A DNA stretch of 62,292 nucleotides, counting the filler, from Dimargaris cristalligena (Eukaryota): NCBI GenBank assembly GCA_003614675.1. It is 2 parts of 2 records of this genome, joined end to end, with 100 filler letters (N's around TTAATTAATTAA, not from the genome) between each part and the next. Parts side by side here need not be neighbours in the genome. Positions count along the whole stretch, not along the records: positions 1 to 31,135 come from ML002446.1; 1 more part is not named here. One strand, written 5' to 3'. The notes under the pieces are model-generated. The model was not told the origin of the DNA, ran no database searches, and saw nothing but the letters and a program-made list of their open reading frames with translations. The first letter of the stretch is position 1; every line of letters begins with the position of its first letter. Both the position numbers and the translations under genes were made by a program. Shown one piece after another: positions 13,617 to 25,596 of the stretch.

Positions 13617-15557
13617 ATGGCTGCGCATGGGCCAACTGACGACGGTCCTCCTGACCTTAACGATGTAGCCGTTATTATAGTGGCCGTGGCCTCGGGGGTC
13701 TTTTTTATGGGCGCCATCCTGTTTGCCGTGTTTCTCCCGCGGTTACCCCGTTGGCTGACCTACCTCGCCTGCTGCTGCCATTGTATATGCTGCCCTACCC
13801 CCTTGCGCCGGTCGTGTCGCTCCCTCTTGGACGATTCCTACGGCTATGACGGCTTTTTCGGGGGGGACTACACCGGCGACGACGACGAGTTTTTCATTCC
13901 CGACGAATTGCGTCAGTCCCTGTTCCAGAACGACGACTTCCGCCAAAGTTACGAACTCGGCCGGGCCTTCGAAGCCGCCCACCCCTACGGCAGTGTCCCC
14001 ACCTCTTTAACCCCCGAGCAGAAACAAATGATTATGGAAAAGGGCGTGGGTGCTTGGCAGTTTGTGTTGTCCTCCGAAATTAACTGCATGCCCCAAATGG
14101 ACGACCGCACCGAACTCATCTTCTACGGAGGTGAGAACTGCGTCCAAACCAACCTACCCATCCCCAAACAGAACCCCGTGTACTATTTCGAGGTGAAGCT
14201 GCACGAGAAACCCCGGGAAACCAACGTCGCCGTGGGTCTGGCCACCAAGCCGTACCCTTCGTGGCGGCTGACCGGCTGGAACCGTCATTCGGTGGGTTAC
14301 CACTCCGAAACTGGTCGCGTCTTCCATAACAATCCCTTCCGGGGCATCAACCTGGGCGAGCCTTGCTTCGAGGGCGACATTATTGGGATTGGCTACCAAC
14401 CGCGTTCGGGGACGGTATTCTTCACCCGAAACGGCCGGCGCTATAAGTCGGTCACGTCGGGCTTACTCTACGACCTGTTCCCCACCATCTCCGCCGATGG
14501 ATACTGCATCCTAAGCGCCAACTTTGGTCAACGCGGCTTCGTCTTCATCGAAGCTAATGTTAAGCGATGGGGCCTGGCTCCCCCGGAAGGAACCATCTGC
14601 CCCCCGCCCATGTACGGACATGACCATGGTACCTTTTTGGTGGAAACCAGCGACACGAGTCGGTGGCGAGGGGGCCCCGGTCCTTCCTCCAGGGCGGGCC
14701 CCTCTTCCCCCCAGGGTGGCGTTAGTACCAATAGTGGTGGGTCTCACACCACTCTTGATGCCTCTCGTTTCTACAACCACCACTACCAGTCCCTTATCGA
14801 CCGGGAGGCCCAGGCCTTTGCCCGGCACCACCCTACCTCGCCCCGCGATCTGCACCGGACGGTATCTCAACACGAGCTACCCGAGAACCCTTCGTTCAAT
14901 AGCCATAACCACGGCCACGATGACCGCTACCAGCAGCCCCCGCCTCCGTTGTCCCCCATTGGATCCATCCCCAGTCCACGTACACCAGGCCCCCCTCCTA
15001 AGACCCTGGCACCCCCGAATTCCTCCATTACAATCAAGAGTAATAACATGGCCAGCTTTGTGGTCCATGTACCCCGATTCCGGTCAACACCCGATCCCAA
15101 TAATGGTGGGGGAGGAGGGGGCAGCGCCAGTGGCGGTGATCGCAGTATAGGCGGCCTCTCGGTTGGACAACCTCTCTCAGTGGCCGGTGGGTCCACCTCC
15201 GCGCCGCTTTCGCCTAATTTGATCCAGGTCTCGCATATCCCACCATTATCACCCCCGCCCGCGGCAACGGCCGCCTTCAGCCAAACCACCTCCCAGGTTG
15301 ACTTTGCCCTCCCCTTGGCCTCACCACCCGCATATGCCGAACACGACCCTCACCCCGATGTGGCTGGTGCCGAATTGACCACCGAGGATATGTTCGCCCA
15401 GGCCCAGCAGGAAATCGCCGCGGCCTTGGTGCCTAATCCTTCATTCCAACGTCCCCTTAGTTACCAACCCCCGACGTATATTAATAGTAGTATAGTCCAT
15501 GGCCAGTCGCTAGAGTCCGATTCTGATAGTGTGTCGTCTCTATCCGACCATTCGTAA
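13617..15557 (+). CDS. SSH4: Ssh4/Ear1-like SPRY-domain membrane adaptor of the Rsp5/Nedd4 ubiquitin ligase, 646 aa
   Basis: N-terminal TM helix (VAVIIVAVASGVFFMGAILFAVFL) and a Cys cluster. SPRY core: VQTNLPIP, YYFEVK, VGLATKPYP, HSVGY, GDIIGIGY, FFTRNG, NFGQRGFVFIEANVKRWGLAP. PPxY motifs PPMY, PPAY and PPTY. ATG at 13617. Confidence 0.88.
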   Translation: MAAHGPTDDGPPDLNDVAVIIVAVASGVFFMGAILFAVFLPRLPRWLTYLACCCHCICCPTPLRRSCRSLLDDSYGYDGFFGGDYTGDDDEFFIPDELRQSLFQNDDFRQSYELGRAFEAAHPYGSVPTSLTPEQKQMIMEKGVGAWQFVLSSEINCMPQMDDRTELIFYGGENCVQTNLPIPKQNPVYYFEVKLHEKPRETNVAVGLATKPYPSWRLTGWNRHSVGYHSETGRVFHNNPFRGINLGEPCFEGDIIGIGYQPRSGTVFFTRNGRRYKSVTSGLLYDLFPTISADGYCILSANFGQRGFVFIEANVKRWGLAPPEGTICPPPMYGHDHGTFLVETSDTSRWRGGPGPSSRAGPSSPQGGVSTNSGGSHTTLDASRFYNHHYQSLIDREAQAFARHHPTSPRDLHRTVSQHELPENPSFNSHNHGHDDRYQQPPPPLSPIGSIPSPRTPGPPPKTLAPPNSSITIKSNNMASFVVHVPRFRSTPDPNNGGGGGGSASGGDRSIGGLSVGQPLSVAGGSTSAPLSPNLIQVSHIPPLSPPPAATAAFSQTTSQVDFALPLASPPAYAEHDPHPDVAGAELTTEDMFAQAQQEIAAALVPNPSFQRPLSYQPPTYINSSIVHGQSLESDSDSVSSLSDHS

Positions 15558-17832
15558 CCCCCCCTCCTCCCCACATTTACCCTTTCTTTAGCCGTCCCCG
15601 CCCATTTCTATTGGCACTGCGCCTTGTCTGGTCCGGGACTTGGAAGAAGGCGGTTAGCGCTTCGTTGACTTTATTGCACTCCTTGATTTTGACACAGTAT
15701 AGAACGGTCGCATTACCTATTTATTTCGGTTCAGTTAGTGGGACATCCGACTGGGGCTTATGTTACTCGTTCACTCTGCTATGCCAACAAAAAAAACGAC
15801 CTATTTTGGTATTTGGGCCAGCCTTCCAGGTCATCGTTATTAATATCCAGTTTCGTTATACCCCCTGCTTCTTTGCTAACATCCCCCTCCCTCCTGATCT
15901 ATCTGTCCCCAAAACTTACTAAGCTGCTTTTTTTTCGACCTCCAGGTCCAAGAGGAGGGGGATAGGTGCCCATTCGCTCGGTTTCATTACCTTTTTCCTC
16001 TAGCCTGACCTTCTTTTACGATGTTGCTGTAGTTTGTTCTGTAACATTACTATATTATGTACCCATGCTTAACACTTTTATTTTACTTGTTATATGGTCA
16101 TTAAGTACCATATGTGCTCTTATTGTTTTATCCCGCAATCCGATTTTCCTCTTCTACTATACTCCCCAAGGCGATATTTTATTTCCACGCCTCTTTCTGT
16201 AGAATACCGCTCTCCGTTGTACGTTTTGTTTCTCCTTCAAATATATTCAGCTCTCCTGCTATGGGCATTATTTATCCCCCCCCCTCTAACCGCTTTTACC
16301 ATATTTTGATATCAGCCTCTGTATTTTTTTCATACTTAGCACCAATAGTCTGGCCTCTCCAACGTCATTGGCGCTATCATCAAAGGGGGTTATGGCGTTG
16401 TGACCCAGAGTCTGATATTTACTAAAATGAATGTTCGTCTTTTATTGGGGGAGGAGGGACATCGATTGTTATTTCTGTAGCTTTTGGTTCTTCATTTTTA
16501 CATATAAATAGGGCCGAATTAAAGTGTCGTATTATGGAGGGAGGAATACATTCCAATGGCGTACTTCCTCGGTGGGATTTCGGCCCGGGGAATTGTATCG
16601 GAGTCTCCTAGGGTGGGCCTGGTTGTGGTAGAGTACATCGGAGAACAAACGGCCAAGCTGCTTCCCATTCCACTACTAATCAACCCGTTGTAAGTCCCAT
16701 TGAACCCCCCCCCCCCCATCTATCAACTGGCATCATTGTTTAGCCCTGTGATTAATCGAAGCTTTGACCATCATACCAATCAACTCCCCATAACAAAGAT
16801 TTGGCAATCATAGGATGTATACTATGATTGGAAAATAGCAATAGGCGGGAGCACCCTAGTGTAACCGAGCAGGCCGAGTGGGGCCGGAAATAAGATGATA
16901 AAATAACTAACGATCACCGAGTAGGGCGTAAATAACCAAACAGGTAAAATAGAGCTCGTAGGCATAATATAATTATAAGTAATTTATTGAAAGACACAGA
17001 ATAACGGTGGGCTGCTCAGGCAATGGGTTTTATTCCTCTGGGATGAGGTGTTGTTCTTGTGCCGTTAGGGGAAGGCCATTCTCTTCCTGTGGGGGGGTCG
17101 AATGATCCATGTCATGACTCATGTGGTCTTCCTCGCTTAGTCGGGGGGTACTGTGAGGAGGATCGACCTCTTGTCTTTGAGTGGGGGTGGCCTCCCCCGG
17201 TTGCACTAGTAGTGCACATTCCCTGTATTTAAGTAGATTGTATTGATGGAGTTTAGGGGGGAGTGTGATACTTATGGAGAACATGTATATAATTATATGC
17301 CAATTGTTTAGAGGTATACATGAATTCTAGTCTTATCAAAGAGGTCGGCAGTGCTAACGGATAGCCATGATTCACAGGGCTGGATTTCTTGAAAGGATCC
17401 ATACATGAGTGACTAAAAGATTACCTTGGCCATCGGCTGACCGTAGCAATTTGGAGCAGGTGGTGTAATATACCAGTGACATAGTAAAGCGACGTCAGTG
17501 GGACTAGTGTGATGTAGACACGTCATTCCAATTTAATTGGGTCCCCTCATTTAAAAGTGCCAAGCATTCGGTCCGCGTATCCAATTTTATATAGTACCTA
17601 CGGGCTCGATTGTTTAGTAAACCACTCCAACCAACCAACACGTTAACTCGGCTCCATCAAGCCCCCCCCCCAAAAAAAATAATTAAAACAGGACCAAGAA
17701 AATAAACGAGGCAATCATGTGCTAGAACAGTTCAGTTTATATTTATTAGGTCGTCTGGACAACAAACCGACGAAAAACCCCCCTGCATACCATGACTAAA
17801 AAAAATATATGGAATCGTATGCTAGGGAGTAA

Positions 17833-19481
17833 TTAAAAGGCCCAGACGGCTACTTTGCCGTCGAGACCGCTCGTGGAGAATTCGGAAGCGGGGGAAGCCG
17901 TGCCCAAGTGGAGACTCTTGAGGGACCTGTGGATGATTATATGGGTGGAAATAAAGCAGAAGAGGTAATGTCAATAGTAAGCAAATATGGTGATTAGTGG
18001 AGGTCCTAAGCATCCCTATGTGGGAGGGACATTCGGCGGATAATATAGGCGGGGGGTGGGGAGAAAGTCGAAACTAAACCCCTGCGCTAGGTTTGATGTA
18101 TCTAGGCGATACCAAACGACCTATCAAATAGACCAGATTAGAGCAATACTCTATAAGTAAATAATATATAGTCAGTGCACTAGAAGGGAAGGGGGCCTTA
18201 CGTGATGGTGTTTTGGTGTACGTTCTTGGCGCTAGGTTGCAAACTGGCTGCTCCCGTCTCGTCCTGCCCGGTTGATTTTTGGGCATTCGAATCCATTTTA
18301 CGGAACATATTGAAGGCACTGTTGGTGGACATTTTCGGGGCCCGGGCGGTACCCTGACCCTGATCCAGGGATTTGACCCATTTCCATTCGGGCGCGGGCG
18401 GATTCGTGGAATTTGTGGCGGCCTCCGCATCCACCCGTTCGAACAGCATCGGGGTACAGTCGTGGCCGGCGGCCACCAGCTGGGTATCGGAAGCCCAAGC
18501 CACGGCCAACAGGGGCAATTGACGGGTGCGCACCTGCGCGACTTGACCCGAGCCCGGGTACGCCACCGACAGACTGGAGTCGTGGCCGACCCAGGCCAGC
18601 GCATCCCCGGTGGTGGGTGAAAAAGCGACACTGTGCACCCACCCGCTGTTCGGGTTAGCGTACTCGGCGCACACCGTATTAAAAGGGAGTTTCTCGCCCC
18701 ACACTGAAGCGGCCGGTTTTTGATCCACGCCCTTGATGAACGCCGAGAAGACCCGCACCTTCATATCCGCGGATCCGGCGGCCAACAGTACGTTATTCGG
18801 GTGCCAGTCTAGACACAGGACCGTCGAGGTGATGGGCTTTTTGAGGTGCTTCGACACCCACCAGTCATTGTCCTCGCCGAAGTAGCACACCGCAATGCAA
18901 CGGGACCCACTGGCGACTGCGAATTTGTCCTCGCGGGGACTCCACTTGACAAACGTGGCGGCCCGGTTAATGCGCAGGTGCACCAGGGTCGGCTTCCACG
19001 TTTGGCCGTCGAAATTCCACACGTAGGCATTCTTATCCTGCGAACAGGTCACCAGGCGGTTGGTTTGGGGGGCCCAGTCGATACTCGTCACTTGGAGATC
19101 GTGTTCACTCAGCGTATACTCGAGCTCCCAACCGGACCCGTTCGGGTTCTTGCCGTAAATTTGGACCTCATTGGTGTTGGGGCAGATGGCTACCTCTATA
19201 TATGCGCATACCATCGCGATACGGACGGAAAGTCAAAATAGACGTACATGGAGAGGTGTCAAAGCTGGTTAGCCGCGGGCATGCCACACTAGTCACAGGG
19301 AACGGGATGCGGGCCATGGGGATAACCTTTGTCCCTCTCTATTACGCAAGCCAGGCCCATAGATGGGTCAGCAATAGCCAGTGGCTGTCAAAATAAAAAG
19401 CAAAAACTTACTGGACTGGTCGCTGTTAAAGGCATGGGCCGTGACACAGAAGGGAAACAGGTGTTGGTTCAGAACTGCCAT
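17833..19481 (-). CDS. ARC40: Arp2/3 complex WD40 subunit p41 (ARPC1/Arc40); exons 19481-19412, 19195-18202, 17926-17833; 385 aa
   Basis: HAFNSD, AICPNTNEV, HDLQVTSIDWAP, WKPTLVHLRINRAAT, DWWVSKHLKK, WHPNNVLLAAG, SGWVH, HQNTIT and FSTSGLDG. Canonical introns keep the frame. Confidence 0.95.
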
Positions 19482-22400
19482 GATGGAACCGGTAAAATAA
19501 TAAATGGGGGTAAATAGAATAAGACACTGTTGGAGGGCTTAAAGGGGGAAGTAGTGAACAGTATTAGGAGAAGGGTGGGGAAGGGTAAACTAGATGCGGA
19601 GGCAGCTGGGCTCATTTGAATTCGTAATAGGGGAGGGACAACAGGTAGGTGAGCGTCGAATATAAGGCGGGGAGGTGATTGCCATGGGCTGGGCTGGGTG
19701 ATGGGAATGAAAGGTTTCTGACTACTGGAGCGGACTTTAGACGATTCACATAATGTTTCACAAGACCTTTTCTCCCTTTGCCAAGCCCTGGGCGCTAGTG
19801 CCCCACTAGGTTCGTCCATTCGACCAAAACCTAGGCTTACGCCCCCCCCCCACGCTCTCTGAAGGCCCCGCTTACCTTCGGCAATGTTGTGTATATAGTA
19901 GTGGAGTGGCGCTACCCGAGGTCAATTAACATAATTATTTCTGTTAGGTGTGTATCGCCTACTAACTAACCCAAAACCCTCGCGATTCGTACACCCGACG
20001 CTCCAACGAAGGGGGGGGATTCGTTCAACTGTATCAATCCTCTCCGACGAATAAAACTGAGCTAAATCAGCCTATATCCCAGTTATTTAGAGCTCCTATT
20101 CCCCAACCCGCCTACCAAATTTCATAACGCAGTGCTTCGACTGAACAAGCATCTAAGACTGCGTTGGTTGCTATTCAGTTGTTAAGTGGATCCTTAAACA
20201 AGCCGAGGCTTGCTTTACTGGAATACAAGCGTACGTAGCCCCTGTCCCAAATATGCATTGCCACTATGCTAGACAATAAAGCACTTCATAAACAAAAACC
20301 GCCCATAAAATTGGTTTACAATAGTAACATATAGGAATCATTGTAAAAGAAAATCCACATTTTTAAAAGTACATTATGACATGAAGAACGCCTGGAAGGG
20401 AACATCATAGTGGTAAGCCAAGTGGTGCGTGTGTGAGCCATCCCCCCCCCTTTAAGGCTTTTTGAGCCATCTATCCTTTAATATGTTCCCTATGGATGGC
20501 AAATTATGACCAAAAGGTCACCTGCCTTAGATTCACTTTAAGTAAAACTGTACTTTATCTGAATCATTCCCCCCTGGTGATGCAGGGAGAGAGGGGCGGG
20601 GGGGGGGGATGCGCAGGCGGCCACAGATATGTAATCAGACCTGATATTTCTTAGCCAGTTTTAGCTCAAGTTGTTTGAAATGGTGCAGGTGGCACCATGT
20701 ATACTTTTGAATTGGCAGCGGATTGGAAGACAGAGAAGTGGCAGATGTTTTGGGATTTTGGAGAGGCATTCGGACTAGGTCAATACCGGGCGTTACGTTT
20801 GGCCTGAGGAGTGGTCCTGACTTGATCTGGTTGATGCCGTTTGGTTATGACTAATTCATGGGGTGGGAGTTGGCTGAAGAGCCATCGTAACATTACCTCT
20901 TCAGTGGACTTGGCGGGGGCCAGAGGTAGTCTCCCCCTCGATTTCATGAGACGTTTTCCAATCTCCGTGGACCTAGTGTAAGGATTTTAACCGGAAGGCT
21001 CGTCAACCCCCGCGCAGAGATTCCCTTTCCAGGCTTGTTTGCCGACTTGATTGGGGAAATACGGGGGCCCAACCCATCAGGAGGGTTCAATCGTGCTGCT
21101 ATATTACTAAATCGGTTTGCTAGGATACCAAGACAAGATTAGAATGGTTACCCTCTTCATTTGGGGGCACAGCTAAGCAAGGTTGGTTGCCAATAGCTGG
21201 GGCTTTAGAGGAAGAGCCCAAATAAGGTGTACCGTAGCAGATTGGATAGAGGTGGTGGTTAGCGATGGAGATCATGGTGAGAATAACACCCAGGACAAAA
21301 AACCATTCAACTGAGGTTCCAAGGGGGGATAATGCGATATTTGCAATAGCTAGAATGGGCGAGAGGGATGTAAACACATGGTGGCATTTGGTGGGACATG
21401 GTTAATTATAGGGCTATGAATATCAGCTCCCACTTATGGCTAATTCAGCAAACATATAATTGGTTTGCTTTTATCCACATAATGGCTATTTGGCAGCTTT
21501 TTATGAGCAGCCTTTCGATATTATATTTCATTTTTATTATTATGGAAGTATATCCAACTTTCTATCCTATCTCATCTTTTTTTTACTATAATTTCCCTAT
21601 CTGCTTAGAGACATTGATTTCATTAAAGCATCTAGTTTTGCATATATAAGGTGCTGAAATCCTTTGAATAAAAGGAAGTTGCAAACCATGAAGAGAAATG
21701 TCTCTTTACAGGAATATCACTCACTTATCTAATTATGCAGAGTACTACATCTCTCTTTTTATATTTATTTCATTCTCTGCACCTACACTTATCACCAGTC
21801 AAGGGCCTCCGCACCCCCGAATCCAATATCCTCTACCCCTCTGATCATTCCCTTTTCTGTAGGCCAAGGACCTGCCGCATTGATATCAAACTGCTCTGGG
21901 TGGAATTGTGATCCTATAAGCCACATCCTTGGGCCTAGAATATTAAGGGCGGAGGCACCCAGAGTTATCTAAAGCAAGGTTCTGCACATGGATGTAAATC
22001 CATTGGGGTCGATCCCTGGGTGCGACAGAGGTGTTTTGATTCAGACTGGTCCACTAATGTCAGAGTAGTGGTCGGGGGGGTTGGATCATTTATAAATATA
22101 GTTAGAAGGCATGACAATAGCCAGGGCATATAGGATCACCAACCAGATGTATGTTGAGTGGCATCCTGTCATCAACATGTAATGAAACTCATCTTAATCA
22201 CTTTAACCCAGTGACAGCACATTGGGCTATACACTGAGTCCCAGGATCAAGAAATCATTGGCACATGGGGTAGTGATAACAATAGCACCTAACATTGCCT
22301 ACCGGCTATCCAGACCCATATTTTATAAGTAAAATTAACAGTAAAGACATTTTCATTTATTGAAACAATATGTCAGATATGTTGTCAAGAGGGGAACAAG

Positions 22401-22572
22401 TGGGTGAAACTAAAATCAAGTAGCCCCATGTTTAATAATCATGGTATATGGTGTATGATGTCAGCAGAGCCATCTGCTGCCAAGTCATGGTGATTCAGAA
22501 GGTCTGATGACTGTCAGGACTACCAATAATGGGAGGTTTAAACCAGAATGGGAAGGACTCCGTAAGTACCCA

Positions 22573-22851
22573 CTATTTTGCATTAGCGGGGTTACTGGAA
22601 CAGGTCCTCATGTGACTATTAATGACACTAGGCAGGAACTGGTCTTTACAATAGGAACATACCAGCATCTTCACTCGGGGGGCTTTTCCACAGCGAACAA
22701 GCTGGGGGTGGCTGGTATAATCCACGGAAGAGGAAGAGGTGGCCACATCCCCATGGGGAGGGCCCGAATTTTCAGGGTGGGTGTGGCAGTTTTGGACTGA
22801 TATCAATGCCACTATGGCAATAATGGCTAGAGTAAAGGTGGGGAGTTGCAT
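22573..22851 (-). CDS. Small secreted peptide (92 aa) with a C-terminal C2HC zinc-finger-like motif
   Basis: ATG 22851 with signal peptide MQLPTFTLAIIAIVALISVQNC. Motif C-x2-C-x11-H-x3-C (CSYCKDQFLPSVINSHMRTC). An AATAAA lies about 215 nt downstream of the stop. Confidence 0.65.
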   Translation of the reverse strand: MQLPTFTLAIIAIVALISVQNCHTHPENSGPPHGDVATSSSSVDYTSHPQLVRCGKAPRVKMLVCSYCKDQFLPSVINSHMRTCSSNPANAK

Positions 22852-22895
22852 TATGGGCAGAGTGAGTATGGCAGAAGAGGAGGGAGGTTGGAGAT

Positions 22896-23444
22896 TGTCA
22901 CCTGGGTTAACCACTTTTAGTCCATCAAGAGTCCCAGGGATAGGCTTCTAATGGTAAGCAGGGCTTAGACCTGGCCAAGCAGGCTACTAGCATTAGGGAG
23001 GGGTCGGTACTAACCAAATAAGGATAGGTGCAAGCTAATGCAAGGGTCGTGCAGCAGGTACACTTACTAGTTAGTACAATGGGTGAGTGTATAGGGAATT
23101 TATTGAGGTAAACTATGGGGATGAGGAATAAGCTAAAGAGCTGAACTGGTCCCAGAGGGGCCTGGTTATTTATATGTGGGGACCACTCAGAATAAGAGGT
23201 CCCTAAGAGAATGGGATGACTAAAGAAGAGGTGAGGGTCAGAGTCTTGACTGGGTAGGCTTGCTTTCAGAAGACTCTGCTGGAAAAAAAGGAATATTGGA
23301 TCAGCCAGTGGAGTATTGTGTGAGAAGTGTTGGGACCCAGACATAGTGGGTTATATAGCAAAGGGGGGTAATATAGTACAATAAGGCAAGATAGGATGGG
23401 ACAATCAGTATTCCCATATTTAGGGAGGATTAGGTGGGATGACA
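22896..23444 (-). mobile_element. Complete solo LTR (549 bp), probably Ty3/gypsy-type, with 5-bp TSD
   Basis: Termini TGTCA...TGACA and identical GAGAT flanks at 22891-22895 and 23445-23449. On the minus strand TATAAATA (23174-23167) precedes AATAAA (23104-23099). Homologous to four other copies in the window. Confidence 0.9.
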
Positions 23445-23563
23445 GAGATATTCTTGCTGATGATTGGCAGGGGTAGCTGCAAAAATAATAAGAATAAAAA
23501 TTGGCTGTTTAGCTGTAGGCCTGTTGGATATGCTACCTATAATAGGAATAGAGTGGTCTGGCC

Positions 23564-23570
23564 TTTTATA
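23564..23570 (-). promoter_or_regulatory. Putative original TATA box (TATAAAA) of the 22851 peptide gene, displaced by the LTR
   Basis: Removing the LTR plus one TSD (554 bp) places this TATA about 160 nt upstream of ATG 22851. Confidence 0.4.
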
Positions 23571-24519
23571 GTTTAGGGGAGTCCATAATAAGTCTTGGGC
23601 AGACAGGCTCCATGAATTTAGCCAGGGCAAGGTAATGCACCTCAAGGAAGAAAAAGGAGGTCTCACTCTTGGTGCATATGATGTCAGGACCAGTACTCAC
23701 TGAAAGTGGCCATTGGAATAATTGAAGATGGGATAGTTATCCCAATCACAAATAGCTGACTAGGTAGAGTTGCAAGGTGACTGGTGGTAGCCTTGGGCTA
23801 CTCCACTTTGCAAGTCTCCTGTTGGACTGGCTGCACTTGTGATACCCTACCATGTGGTTTAATGGGGGTGATGTATCAGATAAGGAACTTACTATTACCA
23901 CTGGTTTATTAGCAATGACTCCAGCAATGTAAATTAAAGCTATTATAATACAAGGGGGGACTACCTGTCAAAGAAGGTTGGTGAGGTATTACCATGCTAT
24001 ACCTAATTCAACATGGTGTGGCATAGTGGTCTGCACAACAAGAGGTGCATTTCCCTCTTGTTTCGACATTGATTATATGATCACTGATTTTACATCTCCT
24101 CAAACTATTATGAAAAACATGCCCATGTATATAAGGATTAGCCATGTTGTACCAAGACAGTGATATTCCCATGGAAGCAGTATCACTTAATATGAGGGCC
24201 AACTCTCAGCCCACACCTGCTGTAATTTTTTTGTAAGCAACCGATGTTGTTAACCCTGGTAATAGTTATCAACCTGTATTACTCAGCTGCACCCCAACTG
24301 TACCACTACCTCATGTATTCAAATATCCTCAGCTAATTATACAGGGAGAGAGAACAAGAGTTCAGACTTTTAATCAAGCCAAAAATAAAATGTGCCCACT
24401 CACCATCCTTGGGAATAACACACTCACATAACTACAAGTTGGCTATTATACCTCAATATTATGTAATCAAAGCATCAAGCCCTTAAAGTCCATTCATTTA
24501 TAGTATTTAAACCACCCCC

Positions 24520-25002
24520 TGTCACATAGGCTAACCACTTTTAGTTCATCAAGAGTCCCAGGGATAGGCTTCTAATAATAGGGAGTATCTTAGGCTTGGC
24601 TACATGGTTACTAGAATTATGTACACATTGATGGTACTAGCTAATCAAGGAAAAGTATAAGGGTTATATAGAGAATATACAGTGATGTACACTTACTAGC
24701 TTAGATGAGGGGATGAGTATATATAAAGTTTATTAAATAAATGGGGGAAAGAATAAGTTAAGGTACTAACTGGTCCCAATAGGTACTTTACATATATTCA
24801 TAGGGACAACTCCAGAGGGTATACTAATAAGACTAATTAAGTATATGAATAGGCTAGCTTGGTAACTGCAGATATCTGGAAGACCCTTATAGTAGCTAGA
24901 AGAGACTTTGGATCAATATATGAGTAATTAGTGGGAAGGGTGGGGTCCAGGTAGGAAAGTATATAAGATAAAATATATAATAATACTATGATACTAGGTG
25001 TG
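24520..25002 (-). mobile_element. Degenerate, 5'-truncated LTR copy (same family)
   Basis: Begins TGTCAC...AACCACTTTTAGTTCATCAAGAGTCCCAGGGATAGGCTTCTAA, matching copy 22896. Inner boundary approximate. Confidence 0.8.
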
Positions 25003-25596
25003 GATATAGGTATCAGACCATCTAATCTACATTAATCTGGCTGGCTTAGATATCTAACTATATTAGGCCTTATAGTGCTATATTAGCCTTCCCATAGTCA
25101 CACCTGGTACCATAGGATCATCACATTATATAACCTTCCCCCCATTCCAACTCTGCCTAGTTCACACTAATCACTCAAGTGCTAATCCATTAGATACTTC
25201 CAGTTACTATTAGAGTCTTTGAAATACTAGCAACCATCTGGCCAGCCTATTTACTTACCCTATAGTCTTAGTAGCATCCTTCCCTCAGGACCTCCCTCTA
25301 AAGTGGTCCCTGTGTATATATAACTGGGCCCCATTGGGACCAGTTAGATTCCTTAGCTTATTCTAACCCCTTAGTTTACCCCAATAAACTCTATATATGC
25401 TCACCCCCCCCCCAATACTGACTAGTAAGTGTACCTACTACATGTTCCTTGCATATACCTGCACTTAGCCTTTATTAGTTAGTACTATACCTATACCTGA
25501 TGCTAGTAGCCCACTTGGCTTGGTTTAAGCTCACCTACTGTTAGAAGCCTATCCTCAGGACTCTTGATGGACTAAGAGTGGTTAACTCAGGTGACA
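25003..25596 (+). mobile_element. LTR copy in the opposite orientation, abutting the previous copy
   Basis: Ends AGAAGCCTATCCTCAGGACTCTTGATGGACTAAGAGTGGTTAACTCAGGTGACA, the reverse complement of the family terminus. Internal TATA-like tract near 25315 and AATAAA at 25383. 5' boundary approximate. Confidence 0.85.

Noticed and set aside
20650-21377. Pseudogenised secreted protein continuing past ORF 21120-21377
   Set aside because: Stop density beyond the ORF is about random expectation and no homology is recognisable.
24520-25596. Long-TIR DNA transposon (MULE/foldback)
   Set aside because: No TSD around the pair, and the same sequence occurs singly with its own 5-bp TSD and TG...CA ends, indicating an LTR.
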